A DNA stretch of 64,000 nt, taken from Lama glama (lineage: Eukaryota). Where the stretch lies: contig CM052817.1 of the NCBI GenBank assembly GCA_028534125.1, forward strand, positions 19,160,001 to 19,224,000, given 5' to 3'. The position numbers and the translations under genes are program-made. The notes beneath the pieces are model-generated. The model searched no databases and was not told the origin of the DNA. It saw only the letters and a program-made list of their open reading frames with translations. The first letter of the stretch is position 1. The number at the start of each line of letters is the position of its first letter. This document shows, piece after piece, positions 61,900 to 64,000 of the stretch.

Positions 61900-63670
61900 A
61901 ATCGAATAATAGCCTTGACAGGTAGAATAATTTTGGTTATAATTGTTTCTCCTTTCATTAATTTAAATATATTGTGCTACTTCTTCTGGCCTGCAGAGTT
62001 TCTGTTGAAGTCAGCTGATAGCTTTATAGCCTTATGTGTTCCCTTGTACATAAATTGTTCCTTTTCCCTGGCTACTTTTAATATTCTCTCTTTAAGTTTT
62101 TGCCACTTTAATGACAGTGTGTCTTGGTGTGGTCTTTGAGTTGGTCCTGTTTGGGGCTCTGTGCTTCATGGACCTGGATGTCCGTTTCCTTCCCCAGGTT
62201 TAGGAAGTTCTCAGCTATTACGTCTTCAATTATGGTCTCTGCCCCTTCTCTTTCTGTTTTCTCTTTCTAGGACCCCTATAATGTGAATGTTAACGTGCTT
62301 GATGTTTTCCTAGAGGACTCTTAAACTGTCCTAATTTTTTCATTCTTTTTTCTTTTTCCTGTTCACCTTGGGTGATTTCTACTACTTTGTCTTCCAGCAC
62401 ATTGACCTGTTCCTCTGTGTCATTTAATCTACTGTTGATTGTTTCTGGTGTATTTTTAAGTTCAGTTACTGTATTCTTCATCTCTGGTTTTTCTTTGTAT
62501 TTTCTACCTGTTTGTTAAAGTTCTCACTGTGTTTGTACATTCTTCTTTTGAATTCTTTGAGCATCTTTCTGATCATTGCCTTGAACTCGATGTAGGGTAA
62601 GATACCTATCTCAACTTCATTTCATTCTTCTACGGTTTTATTTTGATCCTTCATTTGGAAGATTTTCTTCTGCCACCTCATTTTTCATAATTTGCCGTTT
62701 TCATTTCTATATGTCTTGTAGGTTGGTTACGTTTCCTGACCTCATTGAAGTGTCCTTCTGTAGAAGATATGCTGTGCATCCCAGCAGCACACTCCCTCTG
62801 GCCATCAAATCTATATGCTCCAGGGGTGCCCCCGTTTGGGCTGTGTGTGGTGGAGGGTTAGTTATGTGGGCAGCCTGGTGGGCGTGGCTGGCCCCTGGTC
62901 TGGTTGGTTGCCAGGCCCTGCCTTGTGCATAGAATGGCAGCTGCTGGTTGGCGGGGCCAGTTCTGAGTGACTGAGATCAGGGGATTGAGGATGTAGTGTC
63001 AGTCTTCTGTGGGCCAGTTTCCATGGATCCCAGGGTGTCCCAAAGCTGGCTTTGGCCTCCTGGTGAGGGGTTGGAGCCTAGGGGTCCAAGGTGTGTCCAA
63101 GCTGGTACTGGCCTGCTGGCTTATGGGGCTGGGGCCCAGGGAGTCCAGAGGCTAGTGCTGGCTCACTAGTGGGTGAAACTTGGTTCCTGGGTCCCTGGTT
63201 TCAGGGCCCTGGGGGTCCCAGAGTTGATGCTGGTCTGCTCATGGTTGGGCTGGATCCTGGTATGGGAGGTCACAGGGCTATGGTGGTCCCTGAGCTGGTG
63301 TCTGCCCACTGGTGGGCAGGGCTGGGGCCCAGGGGATCCCAGGGCTGATTCTGGAGGCTTATCTTCCCAGTACTGAACCCCCAAGCTGGGGAACCCAATG
63401 TGGGGCTCAGAAAATTTACTCCTTGGAGAAAACTTCTGCAATTGTAATTATCCTGCCACTTGTGGGTCACCCACTACGGGTACAGTTCTTGACTATAACA
63501 TGTCTCCACCTTCTCACCTGTCCTTTGTATCTTTAGTTGTAGGCAACTTTTTCTGTTAGTTTTCAAGTTTTTCTCAACAATAGTTGCTCCAGAAATAGTT
63601 GCAATTTTGGTGTGTTTGTCGAAGGAGGTGAGCTCAGGGTCTACTTCCTGGGCCATCTTGCTCATTTTCT
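61900..63670 (-). mobile_element. L1 5' half (5'UTR with GC-rich tandem region and ORF1), 3'-truncated; laurasiatherian/cetartiodactyl type
   Basis: ORF1 peptide MKNTVTELKNTPETINSRLNDTEEQVNVLEDKVVEITQGEQEKEKRMKK; starts CAAGATGGCCCAGGAAGTAGACCCTGAGCTCACCTCC with YY1 core AAGATGGC (63652-63659). Confidence 0.88.
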
Positions 63671-63729
63671 CGTTAATATTTTAGATGTATTTTGTTTTTT
63701 AATCTTTCGGGCACTTGAAGTTTTCCTAA

Positions 63730-63915
63730 CAACATGGTATGTGCCAGATATGGTATAATTATTTTATATTACTTATCCTTTTAATGTAATTCTTACAATG
63801 GCCTTCTGAGATAGGCATTATTTGCTATGTGTTTATAGCTCAAATTGAGATGTGACGTCATAGTCAGCATTTAAGTGCAACTTTGCATGATATCAAATTC
63901 TGTTGTTGTCCCTGC
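63730..63915 (-). mobile_element. MIR fragment
   Basis: TATGTGCCAGATATGG...TAATTCTTACAATGGCCTTCTGAGATAGGCATTATT. Confidence 0.65.
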
Positions 63916-64000
63916 TCTAAAAAGCCTCCTTTTTATGTGTATGTAAATCAAATATCCACGCTGGCCTTAAGGGTTCCGGAGATCCCTGAGAAACTTATAC

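Noticed and set aside
62700..63540. Multiple overlapping GC-rich ORFs
   Set aside because: Tandem-repetitive L1 5'UTR, CpG-depleted
1..64000. Prokaryotic or phage systems (CRISPR, defence operons, novel gene clusters)
   Set aside because: Mammalian repeat-rich DNA; longest ORF is 143 aa; no operon structure or regularly spaced repeat array

Overview
This is AT-rich mammalian nuclear DNA, most likely camelid (alpaca, llama or camel). That call rests on a vic-1-type tRNA-derived SINE at 33.1-33.3 kb and several lineage-type L1 3' ends. I saw no Alu, Bov-A2/BovB or PRE-1 elements. I found no recognisable host protein-coding gene, RNA gene, CRISPR array or prokaryotic system. Every ORF I could recognise is a degraded transposon remnant (L1 ORF1/ORF2, hAT transposases). 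The window looks intergenic or deep-intronic and is dominated by repeats: old L1M, L2 and MIR, many MaLR/ERVL/ERV1 LTRs, Zaphod and Charlie1 hAT fossils, and four younger 5'-truncated L1s with target-site duplications (TSDs). The most notable items are: (1) a nested stack at 53-57 kb holding a two-LTR MaLR provirus; (2) a MER41-like LTR that appears to lack its STAT/GAS module; (3) a repeat-poor, CpG- and motif-enriched island at ~34-36.5 kb with candidate minus-strand exons. Repeat family names come from my recall of consensus sequences, not from a database search. Boundaries are approximate unless a TSD is quoted. I found no convincing novel biological system.
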